Positions 18,405 through 28,086 of a DNA stretch of 64,000 nt are shown here, in pieces. Origin of the DNA: Bacillota bacterium (lineage in GTDB: Bacteria > Bacillota > Clostridia > Lachnospirales > Bianqueaceae); NCBI GenBank assembly GCA_017442535.1, contig JAFRZL010000044.1, positions 2,205 to 66,204 on the forward strand, given 5' to 3'. Position numbers and translations under genes: made by a program. The notes under the pieces were generated by a model. The model was not told where the DNA came from. It did not search any database and was given only the letters and a program-made list of their open reading frames with translations. Positions within the stretch are counted from its first letter, which is position 1, and each line of letters begins with the position of its first letter.

Positions 18405-19742
18405 TCAGCGGGTCAGATCTTTAACCCATTTATATTTGCGGTAGTGCAGCATGACCCAGGGGATCTTGCCGACCTCATCCAGGCAGGTGCAGGCATAGAC
18501 GAGCAGCACCGGCCAGTGCAGGACAAAGGCACCGATCAGGGCCAGGGGAACGGCAATGCCCCACATGGAGACCGAGAGACTGTAGACGTCAAAAATCGTG
18601 TCTCCTCCGGCCGCGAAGATCCCGTTAATGATGATCGTATTGACTGTGCGGCCGATCATATAGACTGCCATGATCACCATCATGCCTTTCAGATAGGCCT
18701 GCGCCTGATCGGTCAGCACGATGAACCGGAGCAGCAGCGGTGTGATCAGCAGAATGATCCCCGTGCACATAAAACCGCATATAAAAGCGATTTTCATCAG
18801 ACGGTTGCCATAGATCCTGCCCTGCTCCAGCCGCCCGGCGCCGAGTTCATTGCCCACGACGATCCCGCCTCCGGCCGCAAAGCCGTTGCAGAAGCAGCAC
18901 ATCAGGTCACGCACCACAGCCGTGGCCGAATTGGCCGCCGCCGCATCCGTCCCCATGTGCCCCATGATCGCGGTATACGAGGTAAAGCCGACGCCCCAGA
19001 GCAGGCTTGCCCCCAGAAGCGGCAGCCCGCACCTGGCAAAGTCTTTGCGGAGCCCGGCCTTGCGCGGGCGGAATCCCTCGATCCCGGGGCGCAGATAATT
19101 TTTCTGGAAGGAAGACGCTAGCGCCCACACGATCTCGATCACCCGCGCAATCAGCGTCGCGGCCGCCGCGCCCCGCACACCCATGGCCGGGATCGGTCCC
19201 AGCCCGAAGATGCAGACCGCGTTCAGTACGATATTGATGACAACGGTCACCGAGCTGATCCATGCGCTCCGCGCCGCGTGCTCGCTCACCTTCATCATGG
19301 TGAGATAACACTGCGACACACCGGTCAGCAGGTATGACCAGCCCGCAAGGCGCAGGTAGTCGCTGCCGATCGTAACGAGCACTTCTTCGTTCGTAAAGAT
19401 CCGCATCAGGACCTCAGGGCAGAGGACACAGCCCAGGAAAAACACCAGCGACGTCCCTCCGCAGAGCCGCAGGATGATCCAGAAGAGGTCTTTAAGCGTC
19501 TCATGGTCGCCTTTGCCCCAGTACTGTGCTCCGAGAATGCCCGCCGTCCCCGTCACCGCGCCAAGAATCATATTCTGGACAAACTGGATCTGAGTGGCAA
19601 GTGAAACCGCGGACATGGCGTTCTGCTCGATGCTGCCGAGCATGATCGCGTCTGCAGCCGCCACCGCCGCCAGCATCAGGCTCTGCAGCGAGAGCGGCAG
19701 GGTCAGGCGGATCAGTTTTTTATAGAATACCTTATCCCCCAT
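18405..19742 (-). CDS. MATE family efflux transporter (second copy in the window)
   Basis: 445 aa with about 12 TM segments. N-terminus ...LIRLTLPLSLQSLMLAAVAAADAIMLG.... Confidence 0.9.
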   Translation of the reverse strand: MGDKVFYKKLIRLTLPLSLQSLMLAAVAAADAIMLGSIEQNAMSAVSLATQIQFVQNMILGAVTGTAGILGAQYWGKGDHETLKDLFWIILRLCGGTSLVFFLGCVLCPEVLMRIFTNEEVLVTIGSDYLRLAGWSYLLTGVSQCYLTMMKVSEHAARSAWISSVTVVINIVLNAVCIFGLGPIPAMGVRGAAAATLIARVIEIVWALASSFQKNYLRPGIEGFRPRKAGLRKDFARCGLPLLGASLLWGVGFTSYTAIMGHMGTDAAAANSATAVVRDLMCCFCNGFAAGGGIVVGNELGAGRLEQGRIYGNRLMKIAFICGFMCTGIILLITPLLLRFIVLTDQAQAYLKGMMVIMAVYMIGRTVNTIIINGIFAAGGDTIFDVYSLSVSMWGIAVPLALIGAFVLHWPVLLVYACTCLDEVGKIPWVMLHYRKYKWVKDLTR

Positions 19743-19754
19743 ATTGAAAGCGGT

Positions 19755-21770
19755 TTATTTGACCCGCTTATAGACATAGGCGCTGCGGCGCGGCAGCAGC
19801 AGGCCTTCTTTGAGCACGCGTCCGGCCTCGGCCGCCTTGTCGGATTTGCGGGACGGGAATGTGTCGGGCACCGGCCAGTTCGTCTCGCCGATCCATCCGG
19901 CAAAACGCTTTTCAGCCGTTCCGAGTATACGCTTAAAGCGCATGCCGCGCAGGTTGTGCAGGTCCACCCAGGCATCCTGCGTCGGATGGAAGTTAAAGAC
20001 GAACAGATAATCTCCGCGTGTGAAGGCCACCGTTTTATCAGTACCATTCATGTAGAGAAGCCTGCCGCCCTCCTCGTCCATCAGCTTGCCCTCGCGGTTC
20101 AGCGCGAGCATCGCGTTGTCAAATTCAAGCAGCGCATGATATTTCAGGTTCGGATTATCGGCCAGACTCCACTGGCGGCGGCAGTAATGATAGCTGTAGC
20201 CGTTACCGTCCCGCGGGAAATCGATCCACTCGGGATGGCCGAATTCGTTGCCCATAAAGTTCAGATATCCGTCACCGCCCAGTGCATGCGTGATCAGACG
20301 GATCATTTTGTGCAGCTCCACGGCTCTCTGGATCACCTGGTTCTCGTCATCCAGGCTCATGTGCCAGTACATTTCCTGATCGGCAAGCCAGAAGATGATG
20401 GTTTTGTCGCCCACCAGCGCCTGATCGTGCGACTCGCAGTAACCGATGGATTTCTCCCCGGGGCGGCGTGTCGTCAGCTCGTACCACATCTTGCCCAGAT
20501 CCCAATCCTCATCGCGTACGGTGGAAACCGTCCGGACCCAGTAATCCGGGATCCCCATGCCGAGGCGGTAGTCAAAACCGATCCCGCCCTCGCGAATGGG
20601 CAGACACATGCCGGGCATGCCGCTCATATCCTCCGCGATCGTCACCGCATCCTTGCGCAGGCTGTGAATCAACTCGTTCGCGAGCTGCAGATACGTGACC
20701 GCCTGCGTATCTGTATTCATGCTGAAATACTTGCTGTAATTGTCAAAACTGGTGCCCAGTCCATGGTCTTTGTACAGCATGGAGGTCACTCCGTCAAAAC
20801 GGAATCCGTCGAAATGGTACTCCTCCATCCAGTATTTCAGGTTGGACAGCAGAAAATGCAGCACCGCCGGCTTACCATAGTCAAATAACTTGGTTCCCCA
20901 GGCCGGATGATCTCCCTCGCTGCCCGCATGGAAGAACTGATAATCCGTTCCGTCGAATTCGTTGATACCGTCCCCGGTATTACGCGACGCGTGCGAATGC
21001 ACCAGGTCCAGCAGCACCGCGATCCCCATCCGGTGAGCCTTGTTCACCAGGCGCTTCAGTCCCTCGGGCTCCCCGTACCAGGAGCAGGCCGCGAAGAAAT
21101 TCGTCACCTGATATCCAAAAGATGCATAATACGGATGCTGCATGATCGCCATCATCTGGATCGTGTTATAGCCGTCCGCCTTGATCCGCGGCAGCACATT
21201 ATCCGCAAAATCATCATACGACGAAATCGCGGCTTTTTCCCCGGACATGCCCACGTGGCACTCATAAATCAGCGGCGGCTTGTCAGGCATCTTAAACTGC
21301 CCGTCCGTCCAACGGAAGGGCTTCTCCGGATGCCACACCTGGCCCCGGAAGTCCCCCGTATACGGGTCCTGCATCACCCTGTGAATGTAGAGCGGGATCC
21401 TGTCAAACCTCCGCCCGAAAGCCGTCACCTGTACTTTCACATAGGAGCCGTGGGGTAGATCCTCCACTTCGACCTCCCAGTCGCCATTATCATTGATCCG
21501 CCTCATCGGATGCGCATTACGATCCCAATGGTTAAAATCCCCGATCAGCGCCATGGCCTCCGCCGCAGGCGCCCACTCACGGTAGACCCAGCCCTTCTCG
21601 GTCTGGTGAAACCCATAATACATGTGTGCATTGGCAAAAGCCGCAAGCTCTCCCGTACCGACGAGCCGCTCTTTCATCTCATGGTAAAGTTTCATTCTGA
21701 GTTCAAGATCATCGCTCCAGGGCTCCAGCTGCGGATCTCTGGCCAGAATCTTTAACGTTTTATCAGGCAT
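19755..21770 (-). CDS. glgB: 1,4-alpha-glucan branching enzyme (GH13)
   Basis: 671 aa with GH13 catalytic regions: VLLDLVHSHAS, GFRFDGVTSM, IAEDMSG and YCESHDQ. The RBS is GGCAGGAGGAAG. Confidence 0.95.
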   Translation of the reverse strand: MPDKTLKILARDPQLEPWSDDLELRMKLYHEMKERLVGTGELAAFANAHMYYGFHQTEKGWVYREWAPAAEAMALIGDFNHWDRNAHPMRRINDNGDWEVEVEDLPHGSYVKVQVTAFGRRFDRIPLYIHRVMQDPYTGDFRGQVWHPEKPFRWTDGQFKMPDKPPLIYECHVGMSGEKAAISSYDDFADNVLPRIKADGYNTIQMMAIMQHPYYASFGYQVTNFFAACSWYGEPEGLKRLVNKAHRMGIAVLLDLVHSHASRNTGDGINEFDGTDYQFFHAGSEGDHPAWGTKLFDYGKPAVLHFLLSNLKYWMEEYHFDGFRFDGVTSMLYKDHGLGTSFDNYSKYFSMNTDTQAVTYLQLANELIHSLRKDAVTIAEDMSGMPGMCLPIREGGIGFDYRLGMGIPDYWVRTVSTVRDEDWDLGKMWYELTTRRPGEKSIGYCESHDQALVGDKTIIFWLADQEMYWHMSLDDENQVIQRAVELHKMIRLITHALGGDGYLNFMGNEFGHPEWIDFPRDGNGYSYHYCRRQWSLADNPNLKYHALLEFDNAMLALNREGKLMDEEGGRLLYMNGTDKTVAFTRGDYLFVFNFHPTQDAWVDLHNLRGMRFKRILGTAEKRFAGWIGETNWPVPDTFPSRKSDKAAEAGRVLKEGLLLPRRSAYVYKRVK

Positions 21771-21819
21771 GACAACTTCCTCCTGCCATTATTTTGCTGT
21801 GGCGGGTGCCACATTTTTA

Positions 21820-21848
21820 AGTATATCATCTTTGGAGGAAAAAAGCAA
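21820..21848 (-). promoter_or_regulatory. Promoter of glgB
   Basis: On the minus strand: TTGCTT (21848-21843), a 17-nt spacer, then TATACT (21825-21820). Confidence 0.5.
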
Positions 21849-21864
21849 CCCATGCCGGGGTATA

Positions 21865-21900
21865 ATAAAACCGGACGGGCATTGGTTTTGCCTGTCCGGT
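21865..21900 (-). terminator. Intrinsic terminator after the AraC-type response regulator gene
   Basis: On the minus strand, ACCGGACAGGCA-loop-TGCCCGTCCGGT followed by TTTTATTAT. Confidence 0.7.
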
Positions 21901-21948
21901 CGTTTTACGAGCCTGCCGGAGATATATTCTCCTGCCAAACATCACAAA

Positions 21949-22704
21949 TCATTCCCGGTGATTCTCGTGAATGGATTGAATATAGTCGCTTGGAGTAAAG
22001 CCTGTGCTTTTCTTGAAAATCTGACTGAAATACTGTGGATTATCATCAAGCCCCACTCTCCTGGCGATGTCCTTGATCTTCCGCTCTCCGTTCTGCATCA
22101 GTTTCTTGGCTTCCTCAACACGCATCTCCAGCAGATACTGCTTGAAATAGGTGCCGGTTTCTTTGTGGAAAATTCTCGAAACGTATTTGGGGCTCATGTA
22201 AAGCTCCTTCGCACACAACATCTTGAGCGTCAGGTGTTCATCCATATAATGTTGTTTCAGATACTGCTTGATTTTAGTTACCGTGGGATCCTCATCCACC
22301 GGTTTTTCTTCCGGGACTGCACTCTTTTTGGCGTCAATTTCTGCAATAATACGCCTCAGGCAATGGATAAGCTCTTCTTCGCGAAGAGGCTTCAGCAAGT
22401 ATTCTCTCACACCGTATCTGATCGCTGTTTTCGCAAACTCAAATTCATCAAAGCCGGAATATATGATAAATTCTGGCTTGTCGGGAAGCTCCTGCGCCTC
22501 ACGGATCACATCCAGTCCGGACAGCTGCGGCATTTTAATGTCCACCATGACAATGTCGGGAGAGAGCTCCTGAATCATTTTCAGTGTTTCCCGGCCGTTT
22601 GAAGCCGTTCCAAGCCATTCGATGCCTTCCGCCTCCCAGTCGATACACTGGCGCATTCCTTTGCGGATGATTTCTTCATCGTCCGCAAAAATAAATGTGA
22701 CCAA
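21949..22704 (-). CDS. Response regulator with AraC-type HTH output (YesN-like)
   Basis: The start is moved to the TTG at 22704, preceded by GGAAGGAGGGAGC. REC motifs are FIFADDE and VMVDIKMP. The C-terminus is AraC-type: ...IARRVGLDDNPQYFSQIFKKSTGFTPSDY. Confidence 0.88.
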   Translation of the reverse strand: MVTFIFADDEEIIRKGMRQCIDWEAEGIEWLGTASNGRETLKMIQELSPDIVMVDIKMPQLSGLDVIREAQELPDKPEFIIYSGFDEFEFAKTAIRYGVREYLLKPLREEELIHCLRRIIAEIDAKKSAVPEEKPVDEDPTVTKIKQYLKQHYMDEHLTLKMLCAKELYMSPKYVSRIFHKETGTYFKQYLLEMRVEEAKKLMQNGERKIKDIARRVGLDDNPQYFSQIFKKSTGFTPSDYIQSIHENHRE

Positions 22705-22755
22705 GCTGCTCCCTCCTTCCATGCTGTAGTCTCCGCTCAATGGAGTTCTTACCCG

Positions 22756-23583
22756 TCAGTTCATGGGAACCCACGGATTAGCGGGGATGACGTCCTCCTG
22801 AAAATGCCTGTCGATCGCGCGAACCTTATCCAGCATTCCGACAATGTCGATTTTTTCTACCGTATCTTCGATCAGTTTGATCCCTCTCGCGGCACTTTCC
22901 TCACGCTCCTCTTCGGATGCGAGCGCCATAGTAGGCAGGTGCTCCCACGGTTCGGTAATAAGGTGTCCGAGTGTGCCGGACGGAGGCCCGGCTGTCATTA
23001 CATCCTGCGCAAACCCGAGCCATTGATGCCGCTCCTCATAGGTGATAGACCTCGCCTCGGGCACATTCAGCGGAATGGCCTCCAGGCACTTACGGATTTT
23101 ATACGCCCCGCAGAAAATATCCGTACCGCCCTGACGTCCGAAAAAGGATCCCATCATGTGTTTGCCAGGATCAAGATACCACAGCGGCGCACCGGTTTCG
23201 TCGAAAAGATCGCGGATCGTACTGCTGACGGTCAGATACGCCGGCCCGTGGAATGTCACATAAACCTGTCTTCTAAAGCCCTGCTTCAGAAAAGATCGGG
23301 CCAGTGTCTTCAGATATCTGACACCCGCCTCGACACTCACCTGAACCGTGGACCGTCCGGTCGTTGTCGAACCGGCAAAGAAGAAGGGCAGTCCCGATAC
23401 GAACAGACCGTCCGCTTTTTCGGCCAGTTTGCAGGCAAAAGCTTCTGCCAGGATAGTCTCGCAGTCGATGGGCAAACCGCCGTGGGTCTCGGTGACGCCG
23501 ACCGGAACAAAAAGAATGTCATTGTTCGCAAGGTAGGCTTCCACCTCGTCGTTAGTCATTTTGTTAAGATCGCGTGTTCTCAT
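22756..23583 (-). CDS. Creatininase-family amidohydrolase, paralog 1
   Basis: N-terminal motif ...ILFVPVGVTETHGGLPIDCET... gives the E-x-H...D metal ligands of the creatininase fold. The RBS is GGAGG. Confidence 0.85.
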   Translation of the reverse strand: MRTRDLNKMTNDEVEAYLANNDILFVPVGVTETHGGLPIDCETILAEAFACKLAEKADGLFVSGLPFFFAGSTTTGRSTVQVSVEAGVRYLKTLARSFLKQGFRRQVYVTFHGPAYLTVSSTIRDLFDETGAPLWYLDPGKHMMGSFFGRQGGTDIFCGAYKIRKCLEAIPLNVPEARSITYEERHQWLGFAQDVMTAGPPSGTLGHLITEPWEHLPTMALASEEEREESAARGIKLIEDTVEKIDIVGMLDKVRAIDRHFQEDVIPANPWVPMN

Positions 23584-23598
23584 GTCGGACCTCCGGTA

Positions 23599-24432
23599 TT
23601 AAGCTTTGCTCATGGGAACCCAGGGGTTGCGCGGAATCACGTCTTCCTGGAAATGCTTGTCGATTTTCCTGACTTTTTCCAGCAGCACATCGATGTGAAT
23701 ATTGGCGACCGCTTCTTCAATCGTCGCAATGCCGCGTTTGGCACTCTCTTCCCTCTCCTCCTCGGAGTGAAGCACCATGGTGGGCACGTGCTCCGTCGGC
23801 TCGGTAACCAAATGGCCGAGTGTTCCGGAAGGAGGTCCTGCGGTCATCACATCCTGCGCAAAGCCAAGCCACTGAGGCTTGTCTTCATAGGAGATGGATC
23901 TGCCCTCAGGTACATTCAGCGGAATATCTTCCAGGCACCCCATGATCTTATACGCGCCGCAGAAGATATCCGTTGCCGTCTGCCGGTTTCTCTCCGCGGG
24001 TTTTCTGTATTTCTGCGGATAGATATACAGCAGGGGAGCGCCTGTTTCATCAAAGATATCACGGATCACTGTGCCGACGGTCAGATACGCCGTGCCATGA
24101 TTGGTCAGATAAACCTGCCTGCGGAACCCCTGTTTCAGGAAAGATCTCGCAAGCGTTTTCAGATACTTGACCCCTTCCTCGATGCTGACCTGAACCGTTG
24201 CGCGTCCGGTCGTGGTGCAGCCTGCGTAAAAGAAGGGAAGTCCGGTCACGAACAGCCCATCTGCCGCATCGGCAAGCCTGCTGGCATATGCCTCGGCCAG
24301 AATCGTCTCACAGTCGACCGGGAGACCCCCGTGGGTTTCAACCACGCCGACCGGAACAAAGAGGATATCATTCTTCGCCAGATATGCCTCTACCTCATCA
24401 TTCGTCATCTTGTTCAGATTTCGTGTTCTCAT
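23599..24432 (-). CDS. Creatininase-family amidohydrolase, paralog 2
   Basis: Aligns with paralog 1 along its whole length, roughly three quarters identical by eye (...ILFVPVGVVETHGGLPVDCET...). The AGGAGGG RBS lies inside the 3' end of the kinase gene, and the start overlaps the kinase stop by 35 nt. Confidence 0.85.
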   Translation of the reverse strand: MRTRNLNKMTNDEVEAYLAKNDILFVPVGVVETHGGLPVDCETILAEAYASRLADAADGLFVTGLPFFYAGCTTTGRATVQVSIEEGVKYLKTLARSFLKQGFRRQVYLTNHGTAYLTVGTVIRDIFDETGAPLLYIYPQKYRKPAERNRQTATDIFCGAYKIMGCLEDIPLNVPEGRSISYEDKPQWLGFAQDVMTAGPPSGTLGHLVTEPTEHVPTMVLHSEEEREESAKRGIATIEEAVANIHIDVLLEKVRKIDKHFQEDVIPRNPWVPMSKA

Positions 24433-26161
24433 TTACTGACCCTCCTGTATTTTTTATTGGAAGATGAATGCCGACTGTCATGCCAGTATCATCTTTCGAG
24501 AACGAAAGTCCATACTGCTCTCCGAAGAGCAGATGGATCCGCTGATGAATATTATAGAGCCCGATACTGGATGTCTCCGTAGTCCTATTGCCGTTTGCGA
24601 TTTCCTGCATGTATTCGGGAGATCCTTCCTGTCCGTTGTCGTGAACAAAAAGGATGCATTCCTCCCCTTCCTGACGCGCATAAATACTGATGCGGCAGAC
24701 TGTCAGGTTCGTTTCAAGATTATACTTGATGGCATTCTCTACCAGAGGCTGCAATGTCATCAGCGGAATTGAAACCGCTTTTAATTCTTCCGGCACCTCG
24801 ATCATCCACTCCAGCCGGTCTTCGAATCGGATCTTTTGAATGTGCAGGTATTCGTTTGCGATGAGCAGCTCTTCTCTTAGGTCCACGATATCCGACTTAT
24901 TGTTGATCGTATGCCGCAGCAGCGTCGCCAGCGACTGTACCAGACTGGAAATTTCCGTCTGTTTATTAATGACAGCCATGAAGTGGATACTGTCAAGGGT
25001 ATTGTAGAGGAAATGCGGATGAATCTGCATTTGCAGCGCCTTGAGTCTGGATTCGTTGGCAAGCATACGGGCCCGGTAGTTCTCGTCGAACAACTGTTTT
25101 GTCTTCCGGCTCATCGAATCGAATGACCTGAACAGATCCCCTATTTCATCCGGTCTGCTGCTGTACAGATTCATTTCTTCTTCCAGATCAATGTTCTCTA
25201 TATCCGTATTGCGGATCTTCCGGATAAACTGATCCAGCGGAGAGATGGTCTTCTTCAGACTGTTTGACGTTTCAATAATCATGACGAGGAGAATAATCAG
25301 CGTAATGGCCAGCATTGCGGTTTCGATGATCACGATCCGCCCGTACATTTTACTGTAGGAAGAAAGCAGCATGTAGACCCATTTCCCATCGGAAGAAATC
25401 TTCCAGGTCACATAGGTTTTTTCGTTCTCCACCCGGAAAATGTTATACCCTTCTCTGCCCGGTCTTTTATTTTCCTGAATGCTTTGATTCACTACCGGGA
25501 AGGATTCCCCGATTTCGTCGATTGAAACGATCCGGAATTGATCTCCCGCCTGTATCGCAGACTCATTTTTCAGATTCACTTCAATGATGATCAGCAGCAG
25601 CTCATCCAGCGTCAGCGGATCCGCCTCTCTGATCTGACGGGCATAATAGAGGACTTTATGATCCGCTGAAAACTCATAATAGCCTCTGCCTTCGCGCGCC
25701 CGCGCACCGTTGATCAGGCTCTCGCGTTTAGATGCGAGAAGTGTGGAAGGCATATTGCCGCTGACGTTCAGGACATCATTGATCAGATAATGGACGCAGA
25801 AAATATTTTTCTCGTTGAAAATATACCGTACCAAATAAGAATTGATATTATCTATCTGCGTCTTCTTTGTGTAAGCATTATCACTCTCCATATAGGTTTT
25901 GACCGAGGTCTGCACCGATTCACTGGCGATCATATTAAACGTGATATTGTCCAAATCATCGATCTGATCCTGCACATAGGAGAGGGAGGCTGTCAGAGAG
26001 CTGGCCGTCCGTTCGTAGAGCATTTCATTGCTTATCCTCACAATAATCAGTGAAAATGCAAGAATGGCCGCCAGAATAACCGCAAAGATAGCGACACAGA
26101 AAAAAGATGTCTTTTGCAGAAGAGATAACTGATTCCAACGGCTTTTTTTCTGTGTGCTCAT
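24398..26161 (-). CDS. Sensor histidine kinase (YesM-like: 2 TM, extracellular domain, HAMP, His_kinase, HATPase)
   Basis: H-box ...LQMQIHPHFLYNTLDSI... and N/G boxes ...LQPLVENAIKYN... and ...GIGLYNIHQRI.... Confidence 0.9.
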   Translation of the reverse strand: MSTQKKSRWNQLSLLQKTSFFCVAIFAVILAAILAFSLIIVRISNEMLYERTASSLTASLSYVQDQIDDLDNITFNMIASESVQTSVKTYMESDNAYTKKTQIDNINSYLVRYIFNEKNIFCVHYLINDVLNVSGNMPSTLLASKRESLINGARAREGRGYYEFSADHKVLYYARQIREADPLTLDELLLIIIEVNLKNESAIQAGDQFRIVSIDEIGESFPVVNQSIQENKRPGREGYNIFRVENEKTYVTWKISSDGKWVYMLLSSYSKMYGRIVIIETAMLAITLIILLVMIIETSNSLKKTISPLDQFIRKIRNTDIENIDLEEEMNLYSSRPDEIGDLFRSFDSMSRKTKQLFDENYRARMLANESRLKALQMQIHPHFLYNTLDSIHFMAVINKQTEISSLVQSLATLLRHTINNKSDIVDLREELLIANEYLHIQKIRFEDRLEWMIEVPEELKAVSIPLMTLQPLVENAIKYNLETNLTVCRISIYARQEGEECILFVHDNGQEGSPEYMQEIANGNRTTETSSIGLYNIHQRIHLLFGEQYGLSFSKDDTGMTVGIHLPIKNTGGSVNENTKSEQDDE

Positions 26162-26211
26162 GATTAATACCCGTAAACCTCCGGTAAATGCGAATTAAGA
26201 ACAGCGGACTC

Positions 26212-27072
26212 TTATCCCTTCAATCCCGTTGTACTGATTCCTTCAACAAGATATCTCTGTCCGAAGATAAAGATCAGCAGAATCGGCAGCAGCGACAGGG
26301 ATGACATCGCAAACAATGCACCATAATTGGTCAGCGCTGTCGGGTCGGAATACATGCGAAGCGCGATAGAAACGGGATACAATGCCGGTTTGTTAAGATA
26401 GAGCAGCGGTCCCATGAAATCGTCCCAGCTCCAGATAAAGGAGAAAACGGCGGACGTCGCCAGTGACGGCACGATCAGCGGGAGTATAATATATCTGAAG
26501 ATGCCGAAACGGCTGCATCCGTCCACATAAGCGCTTTCATCCAGTTCCTTCGGCAGGCCGTTAATAAACTGCATATTCAGGAAGACGAAGAATGCCTGAG
26601 CAAAATAATGCGGCACGATCAGCGGAAGGAATGTGTCGATCCAGCCGAATTTGTGAAACATAATATACCGAGGAATCATCGTAACCTGTCCCGGCAGCAT
26701 CATGGTCAGCATCATACAGACAAACCAGAAATTACGGCCCTTAAATTTAATCCTCGCAAAACCAAATGCAACAAGTGCTGAAGAGAAAACAGATCCTATC
26801 GTTCCCACTACAGCGATAACCAGTGAATTGGAGAAGAACTTGGAAAAGGAGATCCCTCCGAAACCGGCCCATCCGTACGGATAGTTTTCAAAGACCCATC
26901 TGACAGGAAGAATCCTGGCGCCAAGTCCGAAAACATCTTCGTGCGGTTTGAAAGATGAGAAGAACATCCACAGCAGCGGATACAGCATGACGAATGCACC
27001 GGCCAGAACCAACAAATGATAAATAAAGGTTTTTATTCCCTTTTTGTATTTAGGCTCAACCATAGCGATCAC
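26212..27072 (-). CDS. Carbohydrate ABC transporter permease (MalG/BPD_transp_1 type)
   Basis: Six TM segments with the EAA-like loop ...DESAYVDGCSRFGIFRYIILPL.... The start overlaps the upstream permease stop. Confidence 0.9.
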   Translation of the reverse strand: MIAMVEPKYKKGIKTFIYHLLVLAGAFVMLYPLLWMFFSSFKPHEDVFGLGARILPVRWVFENYPYGWAGFGGISFSKFFSNSLVIAVVGTIGSVFSSALVAFGFARIKFKGRNFWFVCMMLTMMLPGQVTMIPRYIMFHKFGWIDTFLPLIVPHYFAQAFFVFLNMQFINGLPKELDESAYVDGCSRFGIFRYIILPLIVPSLATSAVFSFIWSWDDFMGPLLYLNKPALYPVSIALRMYSDPTALTNYGALFAMSSLSLLPILLIFIFGQRYLVEGISTTGLKG

Positions 27073-28007
27073 TCCATCGACTCATAATAGACCCATGCGG
27101 ATGATGACTTAAATACAATACTCGTCATGATGGCAATAATCACCAGCATAAACCAAGCCATCGCGCAGCCATAGCCCATATTATAATACGTAAACGACTG
27201 TCTATACATATACAATGCATAGAAGAGCGTGCTGTCCAGAGGGCCGCCCTCCGTGATAATATAGCCTTGAGTAAAGACCATGAACCCCGTGATCATCTGC
27301 ATTATCAGATTAAAGAATATAACAGGCGTAAGAAGAGGAAGCGTGATCCTGAAGAAACAGGCTCCTCCGCTTGCTCCGTCAATCCGGGCCGCTTCATAAT
27401 AGCTCCTGGGAATCTGTTTGATTCCCGAGAGGAAAATCAGCATGGGAGAGCCGAACTGCCAGACCGCCAGAATAATCAGTGTCAGAAGCGCGGTTTTGGG
27501 ATTTCCGATCCAGGAATAATTGATATTGATGCCGAGCATTGCCAAAAGTGAATTAATAACGGATCCTGTTCCGAAGATTCTTTTCCACAATACGGCAATA
27601 GCGATAGAACCGCCGATCAGCGACGGCAGATAATAGGATGCCCGATAAAAACTCGTTCCCTTCGTATCCTTGGAAAGGACGAGCGCGATCATCAGTGCGA
27701 ATAGAAGCCTGAGCGGAATGGCAATAAAGACATATTTAACAGTCACCCAAAAAGATTTCCAGAACTTCGGATCCTGTGTAAACATTGTCTTAAAGTTTTG
27801 AAGTCCGATCCACTGAGGCGCACCCAGGATGTCATACTTTGTAAACGATAAAAAGAGCGAGGCTCCCATGGGGATAATGGTAAATACCAAAAATCCGATA
27901 ATAAAGGGGGCGATAAAAATATAACCGCAGATATTATCGTTATTAACTATTCTGCTCCACAGTCCCTGTCGGGAAGTCTCCGTGGCAGCTGTGCGACTGT
28001 CTGCCAA
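27069..28007 (-). CDS. Carbohydrate ABC transporter permease (MalF type)
   Basis: The start is moved to the TTG at 28007, preceded by AAAGGAGAG. EAA loop ...YYEAARIDGASGGACFFRITLPLL.... Confidence 0.86.
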   Translation of the reverse strand: MADSRTAATETSRQGLWSRIVNNDNICGYIFIAPFIIGFLVFTIIPMGASLFLSFTKYDILGAPQWIGLQNFKTMFTQDPKFWKSFWVTVKYVFIAIPLRLLFALMIALVLSKDTKGTSFYRASYYLPSLIGGSIAIAVLWKRIFGTGSVINSLLAMLGININYSWIGNPKTALLTLIILAVWQFGSPMLIFLSGIKQIPRSYYEAARIDGASGGACFFRITLPLLTPVIFFNLIMQMITGFMVFTQGYIITEGGPLDSTLFYALYMYRQSFTYYNMGYGCAMAWFMLVIIAIMTSIVFKSSSAWVYYESME

Positions 28008-28086
28008 AATGATCTCTCCTTTCTGTGTATAATTGTACATACTGCGCGGCCCGAAGTCCGCGCAGTATGTATGGAGAAACACTTAA

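Larger units (their letters stand above)
22756..24432 (-). repeat. Tandem direct duplication of a roughly 0.83-kb creatininase-family gene unit
   Basis: The two adjacent ORFs (275 and 277 aa) are collinear and highly similar from MRTR(D/N)LNKMTNDEVEAYLA to FQEDVIP(A/R)NPWVPM. They are separated by 15 nt. Confidence 0.85.

Noticed and set aside
8899-20888. Long antisense ORFs 8899-10065, 15985-17076, 17373-18386, 18444-19121 and 19956-20888
   Set aside because: Each lies opposite a gene with recognisable family motifs (GlpA-like, GH28, the coiled-coil/membrane pair, MATE, GlgB). Their translations are low-complexity and some span two real genes.
21769-22602. A 277-aa plus-strand ORF overlapping the glgB promoter region and the response-regulator gene
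   Set aside because: It is antisense to the AraC-type response regulator, which has REC and HTH motifs, and it runs through a terminator hairpin and a promoter.
22804-24582. A 592-aa plus-strand ORF spanning both creatininase-like genes and the kinase 3' end
   Set aside because: It is antisense to three well-supported minus-strand genes and crosses their intergenic spacer. The sequence is low-complexity and Arg/Gly/His-rich, and there is no RBS.
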